A stretch of DNA of 64,000 nucleotides from Candidatus Atribacteria bacterium (GCA_029556475.1 JAKQEP010000007.1:1274-65273); one strand, 5' to 3'. Positions 27,830-38,350 are shown, counted from the stretch's first letter. Program-made: numbers and translations. Notes: generated by a model not told the origin, from the letters alone.

Positions 27830-29248
27830 CTATTTGTTTAACAGGTCTTTTCTAGCTATACCGATATTGGTCATTTCATAAGGATCGAGAATTTTATTTA
27901 ATTTATCCTCATCCATAATCTTATATTTCAGGATAAGCTCTCTGACGCTCTTATCTTCTAAAAGTGCTTCCCTGGCAATAGCACAGGATTTCTCATAGCC
28001 AATATGAGGATTTAAGGCAGTTATTATTCCGATGCTCCTCTCTGCATATTCTTTGCATCTTTCTTCATTGGCAATTATCCCGTTGATACATTTTTCTCTA
28101 AGCATATTCTGAGCATTGGTCATTATGTCAAAACTTTGCATTAAATTAAAAGCCAGTACCGGTTCCATCACATTCAGTTCCAGCTGGCCAGCCTCAGTTG
28201 CCAGATTAATGGTAAGATCATTCCCCATAACCTGAAATACAACCTGATTGGTTGCCTCCAGAATTACCGGATTTACTTTTCCTGGCATTATGGAAGAGCC
28301 TGGCTGGACTTCTGGCAACTTAATTTCATATAGACCTGCCCGTGGTCCGGAAGCCATCAGCCTTAAATCATTACATATTTTTGATAAAACTACTGCCCAT
28401 GCTTTTATTGCCGATGATACCTCTACATAGGCATCAGCATTTTGAGTGCCATCTACTAAATCCTCCGCAACGTATAGATCGTACCCGGAAATTTCTCTCA
28501 AACTTTCCTCAACAAATCTAATATATTGGGGATCGGCATTAAGTCCGGTCCCTACAGCAGTGGCGCCCATATTGACACTCTTCAGGCTCTGAACAGCAAG
28601 AGATATTCTCTCTTTGGACCTTTTAGCAGCAGTGGCATAGGCATTGAATTCCTGCCCTAATCGTATGGGAACGGCATCCTGCAAATGAGTTCTTCCCATT
28701 TTTAATACATGGTCAAACTCCTTTGCTTTTGCACGGAAAGTTTGTTCTAATTTCTCAGTTGCCTCCAGCAATGCTTCTGTTTTTATTAAAAGCGCTATTC
28801 GAATTGCGGTGGGAACTGCATCATTGGTTGATTGAGCCATATTGACATGGGTCAGGGATGAAATAACAGAACTGTCGCCTTTTTCCCCTTCTCCATATAA
28901 CTCTATTGCTCTGTTAGCAATTACCTCATTGGCATTCATATTGTTGGAAGTACCAGCTCCCCCCTGAATCGGGTCTAACACAAAGTGTTCATCCAGTTTT
29001 CCATCGATAACTTCCTGTGAAGCACTGATGATTGCCTTTGCACGCCTTTCATCGAGCAAGCCAGTCTTCTGATTAGCTATAGCAGCTGCTTTTTTTACTA
29101 TCCCTAATGCTTTAATAAAATCTCTATCTATTCTGTAACCTGTGAGTTTAAAGTTTTCTTGTGCCCTTAAGGTCTGTATACCATAGTACACCTCATCAAG
29201 TACTTCTCTCTTTCCCAGTAGATCTTGTTCGATTCGATATTTTGTCAT
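27830..29248 (-). CDS. aspA: Aspartate ammonia-lyase
   Basis: Fumarase/aspartase signature GSSIMPGKVNP. The N-terminus YRIEQDLLGKREVLDEVYYGIQTLRAQENF and QLELNVMEPV favour aspartase over fumarase. Confidence 0.8.
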   Translation of the reverse strand: MTKYRIEQDLLGKREVLDEVYYGIQTLRAQENFKLTGYRIDRDFIKALGIVKKAAAIANQKTGLLDERRAKAIISASQEVIDGKLDEHFVLDPIQGGAGTSNNMNANEVIANRAIELYGEGEKGDSSVISSLTHVNMAQSTNDAVPTAIRIALLIKTEALLEATEKLEQTFRAKAKEFDHVLKMGRTHLQDAVPIRLGQEFNAYATAAKRSKERISLAVQSLKSVNMGATAVGTGLNADPQYIRFVEESLREISGYDLYVAEDLVDGTQNADAYVEVSSAIKAWAVVLSKICNDLRLMASGPRAGLYEIKLPEVQPGSSIMPGKVNPVILEATNQVVFQVMGNDLTINLATEAGQLELNVMEPVLAFNLMQSFDIMTNAQNMLREKCINGIIANEERCKEYAERSIGIITALNPHIGYEKSCAIAREALLEDKSVRELILKYKIMDEDKLNKILDPYEMTNIGIARKDLLNK

Positions 29249-29582
29249 TTTTAATTTTCTCCTTATATTTTATTTTCCCCATCATTTTTCAAAATCCAAT
29301 TAATATGAACACAAAAAAGTTAACTTAAAAAACAATTCTATACTGAACTAATCGTAATCGCTTTTTCTATTGAGCTAATTCTTATAGTATTCTCATAATA
29401 TTTCTTTTTCAAGGAAATGATGGGAATATTTTTATTTTCCGGATTAAAAATTGGTTAAAAGTTTGTTTTTACAATCAGTGGCTATTTAAAGTTGCTCAAA
29501 GAATATTTTGAATAGACAGGGAGGATTTATACCATAGAGGCTGCAATCCTCCCTATCTTATTTTCTATCTATACAGCTATTT

Positions 29583-30812
29583 CTATCTGTCTTTCCAGGC
29601 AGGTGCCGGATAGAGGGGCTTATTGCCCTGAGATTCTTCAGGATAAACAATTATATATTTACCATTTTGAACCTGAACTACCGGATGCACCCATTTTATA
29701 TTCTGACCCTTCTCATTGAAGGCTACAGGTGACCAGCAAGATAGTTCAACATCAAGACTGGCTAAAGCATCCCTTACTTTTTCAGTTTCAATGGAATCAG
29801 CCTTTTCTATGGCCATCTGTAATAAAACTCCAACAGCGGAACCGCTTGAGGTCCAGTATTGTGGCTTAAAGTTTTCTCCATGCAGGTCTTTGCAAGCCTT
29901 TATATAGTCAGCAGTGGTTCCAAAGATATGGTCCTCGCTCTTCATTTCGGGAACCCACCATTCCCCTTCGACAAGATAATCAGCATCTTTGCCCATTTCT
30001 TCCACAAAGCCAGTTACCATAGCACCAACCGAGCTGGCAAACAGTTTGGGACTAAAATCTAATTCCTTGCATTGTCTAACAATCATCATGTCATCTGCAG
30101 TATATCCCCCTCCTGCTAAGACATCGGGATTCAAAGCTTTAACCTTGGTTAAAAGAACTGATAAATCTGTGGCACCAGCAGGGTATTTTTCATAAAGGAC
30201 AACCTCAAATCCTAATTCCTCGCAAATTTCTTTGAATCCATCAGCAACACTGAGTGGGAACAGGTCATTGGCAGGTATAATTGCCACTGTCTTTGGTCTT
30301 GGCTCTAACATGGTATCCATCATATAGGCAATAGGAACCATTATCATAGGAGCTGGCGGCAGGACAGAGAAAATGTATTTATATCCCCTTTCATATATGT
30401 TAACAGCATTTGCCTCGGGCGCAATGGTAATAACGCCATACTTTTCACCAATAGATGAGGTGGCAAAAGTAATAGAGCTGGAATAAGGGCCTCCTAAGAA
30501 ATGAACCTTATCTTCAGTAATCAGTTTCTCAGTCAATCTTGCCCCACGTACCGGGTCGCTCTCATCATCATAATAGATAATTTTGACACCATAGGTTTTA
30601 CCCCCGGCTTTAATACCACCATGTTCGTTAACCCATTTTTCCCAGACTTCATATCCCTGCTTAACTAAAATACCTTCATAAGCAGTTTTACCGGTAAGGG
30701 AGACGGCTGCACCAATCTTGATAATATCATCAAATGATTGGGCAAATGTAATTCCCACTACTGAAAACAGAAATATGCTTACCAAAAATGCTAAAGATAA
30801 TTTTTTAATCAT
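29583..30812 (-). CDS. ABC transporter periplasmic substrate-binding protein (LivK/type-I PBP family), ligand unknown
   Basis: Signal peptide MIKKLSLAFLVSIFLFSVVGITFAQS and a Leu/Ile/Val-binding-protein-like fold signature (KIGAAVSLTGKTAYEG). I chose the start at 30812, which has ggagg upstream, over 30842. Confidence 0.8.
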   Translation of the reverse strand: MIKKLSLAFLVSIFLFSVVGITFAQSFDDIIKIGAAVSLTGKTAYEGILVKQGYEVWEKWVNEHGGIKAGGKTYGVKIIYYDDESDPVRGARLTEKLITEDKVHFLGGPYSSSITFATSSIGEKYGVITIAPEANAVNIYERGYKYIFSVLPPAPMIMVPIAYMMDTMLEPRPKTVAIIPANDLFPLSVADGFKEICEELGFEVVLYEKYPAGATDLSVLLTKVKALNPDVLAGGGYTADDMMIVRQCKELDFSPKLFASSVGAMVTGFVEEMGKDADYLVEGEWWVPEMKSEDHIFGTTADYIKACKDLHGENFKPQYWTSSGSAVGVLLQMAIEKADSIETEKVRDALASLDVELSCWSPVAFNEKGQNIKWVHPVVQVQNGKYIIVYPEESQGNKPLYPAPAWKDR

Positions 30813-30974
30813 TGTTGTATTTTTCCTCCATTTATTCTTCATTTACCATTAACAATTTAATCCATAATTTATATATAGATTATACCACCTCCTTGTTTAT
30901 AAATTCATTGCCTGGTATTATTGGCTTATCATTTTAGCAGTAAAATTGCATTAAGATATTTTTAAAAAGCCTTT

Positions 30975-31703
30975 TTAGGCAATACCCAGATAAGCAGTCT
31001 TTATGTGCTTATTTTTGGCCAGTTTATCACTGCTGTCCTGCATAACTGAATGACCGCTTTCCAATACATAACCACGGTCAGCAACATCTAAAGCTACCTG
31101 TACATCCTGCTCCACTATCAGTATGGTAATCCCCTCTTTATCTCTTAATTTAACGATTGTTTCAATTAAATCATCTACAACCACCGGTGCCAAACCCAGG
31201 GACAGTTCATCAATGATAAGAAGTGTAGGTTTAGACATAAGCGCACGACCAATAGCACACATTTGTTGTTCTCCTCCGGAAAGATTTCCGGCAAATTTTT
31301 TCCTATACCCCTTCAAAGGTTTGAACAGGTTATAGACGAAATCAAGGTCTGACAGAATTTCTTTTTTGCTGTATTTTCGCTGAAAGGCCCCCATAAGAAG
31401 GTTATCTTCCACAGTCAAACCAAAAAAAAGATGTCTTCCTTCCGGTGCAAAGCCAATTCCTCTTTTAATACGTTCCGGGGCAGGTAAGTTAGTTATATTT
31501 TGATTGAAATACTTTATTTCTCCTTTAAAGGGAATTACCATGCCGACAATATTTTTTAGCAAGGTGCTTTTTCCAGCACCATTTGCTCCGATAATACAGA
31601 CAATTTCTTTACTTTTTAATTCTAAATTGATATCCCATAAAACCTGAATTGCCCCGTAACCAGAATTCAAATTATTAATCTCCAATAAATGGTCATTTTT
31701 CAT
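30975..31703 (-). CDS. Liv-type ABC transporter ATP-binding protein (LivF-like)
   Basis: Walker A GANGAGKST, signature LSGGEQQM, Walker B LIIDELS. Confidence 0.85.
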   Translation of the reverse strand: MKNDHLLEINNLNSGYGAIQVLWDINLELKSKEIVCIIGANGAGKSTLLKNIVGMVIPFKGEIKYFNQNITNLPAPERIKRGIGFAPEGRHLFFGLTVEDNLLMGAFQRKYSKKEILSDLDFVYNLFKPLKGYRKKFAGNLSGGEQQMCAIGRALMSKPTLLIIDELSLGLAPVVVDDLIETIVKLRDKEGITILIVEQDVQVALDVADRGYVLESGHSVMQDSSDKLAKNKHIKTAYLGIA

Positions 31704-32467
31704 CAGCCACTTATAACCTCCTTGGCATACTTTTTCCCTAAATAAGCTTCAATAACAGCCGGGTTGTCACATACTTCTGTTGGCGAGCCCTCACAAATTT
31801 TCTGCCCGTGGTGCAACACGATTATTCGGTCTGAGATTCCCATCACTGCCTTCATAATATGTTCAATATAAACAATGGTTAATTGTTTTTCAGCTCTAAT
31901 ATTTTTAACCAATTCCATTGACTCTTCAACTTCAGAAGGGTTAAGCCCGGCCATAACCTCATCCAAAAAGATAACCTCCGGGTCCATAGCTAAAACCCTG
32001 GCAAATTCCATTCTCTTTAAATCGGGAAGCGTAACATCGCTTACCTTAGAATCTTTCTTTTTCTCCAATCCCACCAATTCCATAATATGATGGGTAGTTT
32101 TTCTGGCACTGTTTAAATCATTTTCCCTATCACTGCGACCAAAAAGAGAGCCAACTAATATATTCTCTTCCACAGTCATACCCTGTAATGGTTTTACCAC
32201 CTGATATGTTCTGGTTAGGCCAATACGGGCAATCTGAAATGGTTGCATATTGCTCACATTGATACCCTTAAAATGTACTTCTCCTTCTGTTTTTCTTAAT
32301 TCACCGGTAACCAGATTAGTTATTGTTGTTTTTCCCGCACCATTAGGACCAATTAAACCGACAATTTCTCCCTTTTTTACCTGAAAGTTAACCTTATCCA
32401 CCGCTTTTAGAGCGCCAAAATGTTTGCTAATTGATCTGACATCTAAAATAACGCCATTATCAGACAT
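31703..32467 (-). CDS. Liv-type ABC transporter ATP-binding protein (LivG-like)
   Basis: Walker [10 protein letters not shown], Walker [11 protein letters not shown] and a LivG-like C-terminus [10 protein letters not shown]. Confidence 0.85.
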   Translation of the reverse strand: MSDNGVILDVRSISKHFGALKAVDKVNFQVKKGEIVGLIGPNGAGKTTITNLVTGELRKTEGEVHFKGINVSNMQPFQIARIGLTRTYQVVKPLQGMTVEENILVGSLFGRSDRENDLNSARKTTHHIMELVGLEKKKDSKVSDVTLPDLKRMEFARVLAMDPEVIFLDEVMAGLNPSEVEESMELVKNIRAEKQLTIVYIEHIMKAVMGISDRIIVLHHGQKICEGSPTEVCDNPAVIEAYLGKKYAKEVISG

Positions 32468-33443
32468 TGGTCACCTCCGTTTTTTTACTTAATTTAATTC
32501 TCCTGTTCCTCATCTTATCGGTTATCGTGCCAATAAGTCCTCTGGGAATAAAAAATACTATTATTATAGTAGCAATACCTAAAGCTGCCAGATGATACTG
32601 CATAAACCCACTCCAGGCTACCTCTGATACCGTTTCTACGATAAATGCGCCAAATATGGGACCCAATATAGTACCAGCGCCACCAATAAGCATCATTATT
32701 ATAGAATTTGTGATAAACATCAGGTCGAATACCTCATCTGGGGCTATAAAGGACATCCAGTAACCATACAGACCACCAGCAATGCTGGTAAACATAGCAG
32801 CTATAGCCCAGGTAGACACTTTTGTAAAAGTGGTATTTATTCCCATAGAATTAGCTGCATCTTCATTTGCTTTAATGCTTCGAATCCCGAAACCAAATTT
32901 TGAATTGACAATCATATTCATTACCAATGATGTAATTACCATCAGTCCAAACATTGCCAGGTAAAAATATTTGTAAACAACTGCAGGCGGGACAGTAATA
33001 ATAGGAAAAGTTGTTCCTCTGGCTCCCCCGGTAATTTCAGTGGCATTCTGCACAACTGTCATTATTGCTCCATTCATACCGATAGTGGCGATGGCAAAAT
33101 AATGTCCTCTCAATCTCAGTACTGGAAAACCTAAAATTATACTAATCACAATGGCACAAAAACAGGCTGCCGGAATTGCTACAAAAACAGGTAACCCGGT
33201 TTTCATTAAAATGGCACTTATATAAGCTCCTATGCCAAAGAACATAACATGGCCAAAAGGTAGATATCCCATATAGCCAGACATTAAATTGATACATTGG
33301 GCAATGGTGGCATACATAAAAATTGCTGTGAATATACGGGTATAATACCCAGAAATATAATTGGGTAATAGAATAAAGATTATAAGGGCAGCAACAATCA
33401 GAATTATGTTTATATTTAATTTTCTGTCATTTTGTGCTATCAC
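32460..33443 (-). CDS. Liv-type ABC transporter permease (LivM-like)
   Basis: Polytopic membrane protein with motifs such as GYMGYLPFGHVMFFGIGAY. It overlaps the downstream ATPase gene by 8 nt. Confidence 0.8.
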   Translation of the reverse strand: MIAQNDRKLNINIILIVAALIIFILLPNYISGYYTRIFTAIFMYATIAQCINLMSGYMGYLPFGHVMFFGIGAYISAILMKTGLPVFVAIPAACFCAIVISIILGFPVLRLRGHYFAIATIGMNGAIMTVVQNATEITGGARGTTFPIITVPPAVVYKYFYLAMFGLMVITSLVMNMIVNSKFGFGIRSIKANEDAANSMGINTTFTKVSTWAIAAMFTSIAGGLYGYWMSFIAPDEVFDLMFITNSIIMMLIGGAGTILGPIFGAFIVETVSEVAWSGFMQYHLAALGIATIIIVFFIPRGLIGTITDKMRNRRIKLSKKTEVTNV

Positions 33444-33487
33444 TTATCTCACACTTCCTTCCTTTAAAAATAGTTCCCTAATAATGA

Positions 33488-34357
33488 CTAACCAAAGAAT
33501 TTCTTCCCTATTAAACCATGTGGTCTTAATAGTAATACCAGAACCATTATGACCAGTCCGATAGCTTCCTGCCAGTGAGAGCCTATAAAGATGGCCCCTG
33601 ATGTTTCTACAAAGGCTAATAATAGCCCACCGGCAGCAGCTCCCCAGATATTCCCTAACCCCCCTAAAATGGCAATAATAAAGACCCTGCCTATTATTAC
33701 ATCCATAACATGAGGAGAAAAGCTGTAAATGGTTGCCCATAGGGTTCCCGTAACTCCTCCCAGGGCAGTGCCCAGGGCAAAATTTATTAAATACATCTTC
33801 TGGTCATCAACCCCTACTGCCATCGCTCCTTCTTTATCTAAAGCGACTGCCTGTATCCCTTTCCCAATTTTAGTATTCATCATAAACTGATAGGTAAGAT
33901 AGATAATCACCCCGGCTATTATGAAGGTCAAAAATTTAGTTAAAGGAACAAAGGCTCCTAAAAATTGGAAATTGCTTCCGGCATAGCTTACCCTGATAGT
34001 ACGATAGTCTGCAGACCAGACCAGAAGTATTATATTTTCTATTATTAATCTGATGGCAAAAGTAACAATAAGAGTAAAGACAATACCGCCTTTAAGGAGA
34101 GGCTGAAGTGTGAATCGATATATAAAAGCACCTAATAAAAACAATATAGCCCCGGTAACAAACATACTGATGAAGGGGTCTATATGAAACATATTGAAAA
34201 TGATTAAAGAGAGATAAGAACCGAGCAATACCATAGCGCCATAGGATAGATTAATAATGCCGCTTATCCCCCATTGCAAAGAAAATCCTATTCCCATCAA
34301 TGCATACAACCCCCCTAAAAGAAGCGCATTGACGAACATCTGCAAACCCAATCCCAT
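33488..34357 (-). CDS. Liv-type ABC transporter permease (LivH-like)
   Basis: 289-aa polytopic protein. The N-terminus LQMFVNALLLGGLYALMGIGFSL is typical of LivH. Confidence 0.8.
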   Translation of the reverse strand: MGLGLQMFVNALLLGGLYALMGIGFSLQWGISGIINLSYGAMVLLGSYLSLIIFNMFHIDPFISMFVTGAILFLLGAFIYRFTLQPLLKGGIVFTLIVTFAIRLIIENIILLVWSADYRTIRVSYAGSNFQFLGAFVPLTKFLTFIIAGVIIYLTYQFMMNTKIGKGIQAVALDKEGAMAVGVDDQKMYLINFALGTALGGVTGTLWATIYSFSPHVMDVIIGRVFIIAILGGLGNIWGAAAGGLLLAFVETSGAIFIGSHWQEAIGLVIMVLVLLLRPHGLIGKKFFG

Positions 34358-34421
34358 TTAATTCCTCCTTGAATTTTCAATTTTAGCAATAGTTATAAAT
34401 AGAACAAAAGTATATAGAACA

Positions 34422-35336
34422 CTACTTTATCAAACCAACAATATCTTTTACTGATTTATATTTTTTTTTGTTGAGATACCCTGCAATCCCTTCAATAATA
34501 TTTAGCATTACATAAGGATTGCTAAAATTAGCACTTCCAACCTGAACGGCACTAGCTCCTGCTAAGAACATTTCCAGGGCATCCCGGGTGCTGGTAATTC
34601 CTCCTACCCCAACAATTGGTATTTTCACCCTTTGGCTGGCTTCCCAGATCATCCGCACAATAATCGGTCTAATGCCCGGACCTGATATCCCCCCCACCTT
34701 ATTCCCTAACCTCGGTATTAGTTTTTCTGAATCTATTGCCATACCCAGGAAAGTGTTAGCAATAATGATAATATCTGCACCTGCCTCTTCAGCTGTCAGA
34801 GCCATTTCGGTAATATCAGTTACATTAGGAGATAGCTTTGCCATCACCACTTTTCCAGTATTCTTTTTAAGCTGATAAATTAAATCTCCCAAAACATCTT
34901 TATTGGTACCAAAATATAAACCATCGTTTAGATTTGGGCAGGATAAATTTATCTCCAAGGCTGAAATCTTCTCAAAATTATCCAATTTTTTTGCCAGCTG
35001 GCAGAAATCAGTAATGGAGTCTCCCACCATACTTACAATAATTGGTACACAAAAGTCTTCTAATAAGGGTAATATGTTTTCTTTAAAGTATTCAAATCCT
35101 TCAGCAGGAATTCCTACCGCATTCATCATTCCGGCTTCTGTTTCCCAGATGCGGGGACCGGGATTACCCAGTCTTTTATGTGAGGCAATGCTTTTGGTGA
35201 TGATGGCACCTAAAGAGTTCAGCTGTTCTTTGTTGAGTATAGTATCTCTGATATCAAAAGTACCAGAGGCAGGCATAACTGGATTTTTTAACTGTAGATT
35301 GCCTAAGTTTATTGACAAGTCCACTTTATTATTCAT
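34422..35336 (-). CDS. pyrD: Dihydroorotate dehydrogenase class 1B, catalytic subunit
   Basis: LKNPVMPASGTF start region, the Cys-containing loop LSCPN and GGISGPGIRP. It overlaps pyrK by 8 nt. Confidence 0.9.
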   Translation of the reverse strand: MNNKVDLSINLGNLQLKNPVMPASGTFDIRDTILNKEQLNSLGAIITKSIASHKRLGNPGPRIWETEAGMMNAVGIPAEGFEYFKENILPLLEDFCVPIIVSMVGDSITDFCQLAKKLDNFEKISALEINLSCPNLNDGLYFGTNKDVLGDLIYQLKKNTGKVVMAKLSPNVTDITEMALTAEEAGADIIIIANTFLGMAIDSEKLIPRLGNKVGGISGPGIRPIIVRMIWEASQRVKIPIVGVGGITSTRDALEMFLAGASAVQVGSANFSNPYVMLNIIEGIAGYLNKKKYKSVKDIVGLIK

Positions 35337-36132
35337 TTAAAATTACCTCTTCTAAAGGAAAAACCGGCCCTTCTTTACAAACTCTTTGATAACCATAAAT
35401 AGTATTTATGACGCAACCTTTACAGGCACCTATCCCACAGCCCATTCGTTCTTCCAGGCTGATATAAGCGGCAAAATGGTATTCTTTCTGTAATTCTCTT
35501 ATATGCCTTGCTAACCTTTTTGAACCGCAAACATAAACGGCTTCAAAATCCGTTCTGTTATTTTTAAGTAATTCTTCTAAGAAAAAAGTCACCTTCCCAT
35601 CTGTTCCTTTCCAATCATCATCTGTGGTATAAAAAATATGGGAAGAGAGTGGCCCCAGTTTATCTGGTCCCAGTAATAAGTTTTTTTCTCGGGCGGACAG
35701 GAAACTGTAAATCTCTAATCCCTTCTTTTTACCCTCTATGGCTAAAGGAAGAAGAGTAGCTACTCCTATTCCCCGGGCAACCAGGGCAATTTTCCCTACA
35801 TTTTCAGGAAGGGAAAAACCATTTCCACAGGACCCAATCAATTCTACCTGGTCTGCTTTCTTTGATTGCGATAATATTTCAGTACCCTTCCCGATCTTTT
35901 TATATAAGATAGCAAATCTTCCCTGTTCAGCATCAATCTGATAAAAACTGAATGGTCTCTTTAGAAAAAGGTTATTAATGTTCCACCTGGAGAGCATTAC
36001 AAATTGGCCTGGTCGTGCATTCCTGGCTATATCAGGTGCCTCAATAACTATTTCAAAATAATCACCATTAATATTTCTATTCTCTAATACTTTACCTGTA
36101 ACAAATAAAGGCTTATTTTCAGCAGATTTCAT
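35329..36132 (-). CDS. pyrK: Dihydroorotate dehydrogenase class 1B, electron-transfer (FAD/2Fe-2S) subunit
   Basis: Ferredoxin-reductase-like fold (RPFSF) and a C-terminal cluster motif MGCGIGACKGCV. Confidence 0.85.
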   Translation of the reverse strand: MKSAENKPLFVTGKVLENRNINGDYFEIVIEAPDIARNARPGQFVMLSRWNINNLFLKRPFSFYQIDAEQGRFAILYKKIGKGTEILSQSKKADQVELIGSCGNGFSLPENVGKIALVARGIGVATLLPLAIEGKKKGLEIYSFLSAREKNLLLGPDKLGPLSSHIFYTTDDDWKGTDGKVTFFLEELLKNNRTDFEAVYVCGSKRLARHIRELQKEYHFAAYISLEERMGCGIGACKGCVINTIYGYQRVCKEGPVFPLEEVILNE

Positions 36133-36210
36133 TCATTTCCCAATCTTTTCATTTTTTATAGGTTCTTTTTATAAGCCAGTCAAGGAAATAAAAGGAACCA
36201 AACAAACTTT

Positions 36211-37134
36211 TTATCTTACACCACTGACCAGTGCTAGCAAAGCCATTCTAACAAAGATTCCATTATGAGCCTGGCGGAAATATGCTGCTCCTTCATAATC
36301 ATCAAGATCAGTTGAAATCTCGTCTACCCTTGGCAGGGGATGGAGAACAGTAATTCCTTTTTTAGCTTTATTGATAGTGTTCCGGTCAATAATGTAGGAA
36401 CCTTTTAGTTTTTCATATTCTTCAGGGTTGTTAAATCTTTCTCTCTGTATACGGGTAACATAAACTATATCACTCCTGGAAAGGGCTTCTGACACATTAT
36501 CAGTTTCTTCTATTTCAGCTCCACGACTTCTAAAATCAGCCGTTAATTCTTCGGGCATACGAAGAGATTCCGGGGAAACAAAAATCATTTTATTCTTATA
36601 CATAGTCATAAAGTAACCCAGGGAATGAACAGTTCTACCATATTTTAAATCTCCTAAGAAAGTTATGGTATGCCCTTCTAAAGAACCCTTCTCTTTTCGG
36701 ATAGTATAGATATCCAAGAGAGCCTGGGTGGGATGCTGTCCACTGCCATCACCAGCATTTATAACCGGATGCCGGGCATTATCTGCGGCAATACGGGCTG
36801 AACCAATCTCAGGATGCCTCATAACAATAACATCTATATATCCATCTATTGTTCTGATAGTATCAACCAGAGTTTCACCTTTGGCTGTGGAAGAGCTACC
36901 GGCACTGGAAACACTGATAACTCTGGCTCCTACCCTATTGGCAGCTGATTCAAAGGATAGTCTGGTCCTGGTACTTGGTTCAAAAAACAGACAGGCAACG
37001 ACCCTTCCATCCATATCCCTGATTATTTCATAATTTTTGACCTTCTGTTCATAATCTGCAGCGGTGTCCATAATTAAACTTAGTTCGTCAATTGAAAACT
37101 GAGCAGTGTTTAAAATATCTTTACCCTTTAACAT
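36211..37134 (-). CDS. pyrB: Aspartate carbamoyltransferase catalytic chain
   Basis: STRTRLSFE carbamoyl-phosphate motif, HPTQALLD and HPLPR. No pyrI is adjacent. Confidence 0.9.
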   Translation of the reverse strand: MLKGKDILNTAQFSIDELSLIMDTAADYEQKVKNYEIIRDMDGRVVACLFFEPSTRTRLSFESAANRVGARVISVSSAGSSSTAKGETLVDTIRTIDGYIDVIVMRHPEIGSARIAADNARHPVINAGDGSGQHPTQALLDIYTIRKEKGSLEGHTITFLGDLKYGRTVHSLGYFMTMYKNKMIFVSPESLRMPEELTADFRSRGAEIEETDNVSEALSRSDIVYVTRIQRERFNNPEEYEKLKGSYIIDRNTINKAKKGITVLHPLPRVDEISTDLDDYEGAAYFRQAHNGIFVRMALLALVSGVR

Positions 37135-37199
37135 TTTGATACTTCCCTTCTTTTTAATTATTATATTTTATTATTATATAATTTTTTTATCTGATAGTC

Positions 37200-37949
37200 T
37201 TAACCTATCAATTTAGAAATTTCATTACCGGCAGCTACCACCAGTTGAATAAGAAAACTATTGCTCCTAACCGGAACTTTACCCAACAATCCCACAACAG
37301 TAATACTGGCTTCAATCTTTCCATTCACATTTTTAATGGGGGCAGAAATAGCCCTGATTCCTTCTTCCAGCTCTTCATCACAGATGGCATAACCCTGAGT
37401 TTGAATCTTTTTAAAATGGATAATAAGAGTCTCCGGTTCAGTTATGGTCTTGGAAGTATATCTTTTTAATTCCGTGCTGTTAACTACTCTGGAGATTTCT
37501 TCCGGTGATTGGTAAGCCAGGAGTATTTTAGAGGCAGCGGCACAATGATAGGGCATTATTTTACCAACCTCTACAAAGAGGTTTCGGGAACCAAGTTTAT
37601 GTGAGGAGCTTACCGAATCTATACAAATCCCATTATCATCCTGCCATATACTTAAAAAAGTAGTCAAACCAGTATTTTCACTGATTCTTTTTAGAATATC
37701 TTTAGAATATTCTCTTAAATCAAAGGAACTATAAAAGGAGTGAGCATATCTTAATAGCTGTATCCCTAATCTGTATTTGGAGGTCTCCAGGTCTTTGCTG
37801 ACCAGAGAATATTTCATTAAAGATTTTAAAATACGGTGTACTGTACTTTTAGGAATGGACAATTTTGAACTTATCTCAGTAACTCCTAATTTACCGTCTG
37901 TATCGCTAAGGCAATTGAGGATTTGAATGGTTTTTTCTACTGAGTTCAT
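37200..37949 (-). CDS. IclR-family transcriptional regulator
   Basis: N-terminal wHTH (LGVTEISSKLSIPKSTVHRILKSL) plus a C-terminal IclR effector domain. 249 aa. Confidence 0.85.
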   Translation of the reverse strand: MNSVEKTIQILNCLSDTDGKLGVTEISSKLSIPKSTVHRILKSLMKYSLVSKDLETSKYRLGIQLLRYAHSFYSSFDLREYSKDILKRISENTGLTTFLSIWQDDNGICIDSVSSSHKLGSRNLFVEVGKIMPYHCAAASKILLAYQSPEEISRVVNSTELKRYTSKTITEPETLIIHFKKIQTQGYAICDEELEEGIRAISAPIKNVNGKIEASITVVGLLGKVPVRSNSFLIQLVVAAGNEISKLIG

Positions 37950-38350
37950 AAAATGATTAATTCCTTAATTCCATATTGTGGAACATGGTTTCATTATTAC
38001 GAATAATCACTTTATGATAATAACATACTACGACTATTAAGTCAATTTTTTTAATTATGGTTAATTTTCCAGATTGTGCCCCGGACGAGAGTTTGTGAGT
38101 TACTTTTGACACATTATCTATAGATAATTTCTATTAATCATTAGTTTGCGTTACCTTATTATTTTCAATACGTTAAAAAACAAGAATCTGGCTTAAATAT
38201 TTTTTAACCAATTTTTGAGTTAAACGCAATTGCGGTAATATATCAGTAAGATATTATGAGGATAGAGCTATCCATTGTGGAAAATAGGGAAGGAAGCGTA
38301 TTGAGGAAAGATGTTTTATTATATTGAATTTTAATATTTTTTATAAAAAA

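Noticed and set aside
29517-29554. 10-bp stem agggaggatt / aatcctccct after the substrate-binding-protein gene, as a terminator
   Set aside because: The hairpin is convincing, but on the minus strand it is not followed by a U-tract. It may be a processing or stability element or a partial terminator. I left it uncalled as a feature and mention it only in the pyr/Liv locus finding.
33444-33740. 98-aa minus-strand ORF overlapping the 3-prime end of the LivH-like gene
   Set aside because: It is an alternative frame of a well-supported permease gene. Its composition is Cys/Arg/Gly-rich and unlike the rest of the proteome, and it has no RBS.
37966-37996. Imperfect palindrome tggaacatggtttca upstream of the IclR gene, as an IclR operator
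   Set aside because: Only a 5/6 half-site match with a 3-nt spacer, and a single occurrence. It is plausible but cannot be supported without comparative data.
38225-38234. 10-bp palindrome cgcaattgcg, which looks like the two hairpin-module flanks (CGCAAT / ATTGCG) joined without a core: an 'empty' or excised site?
   Set aside because: There is only one instance, it is only 10 bp, and the extended flanks (ATGAGA..., ...GACAAA) are absent. It cannot be distinguished from chance.
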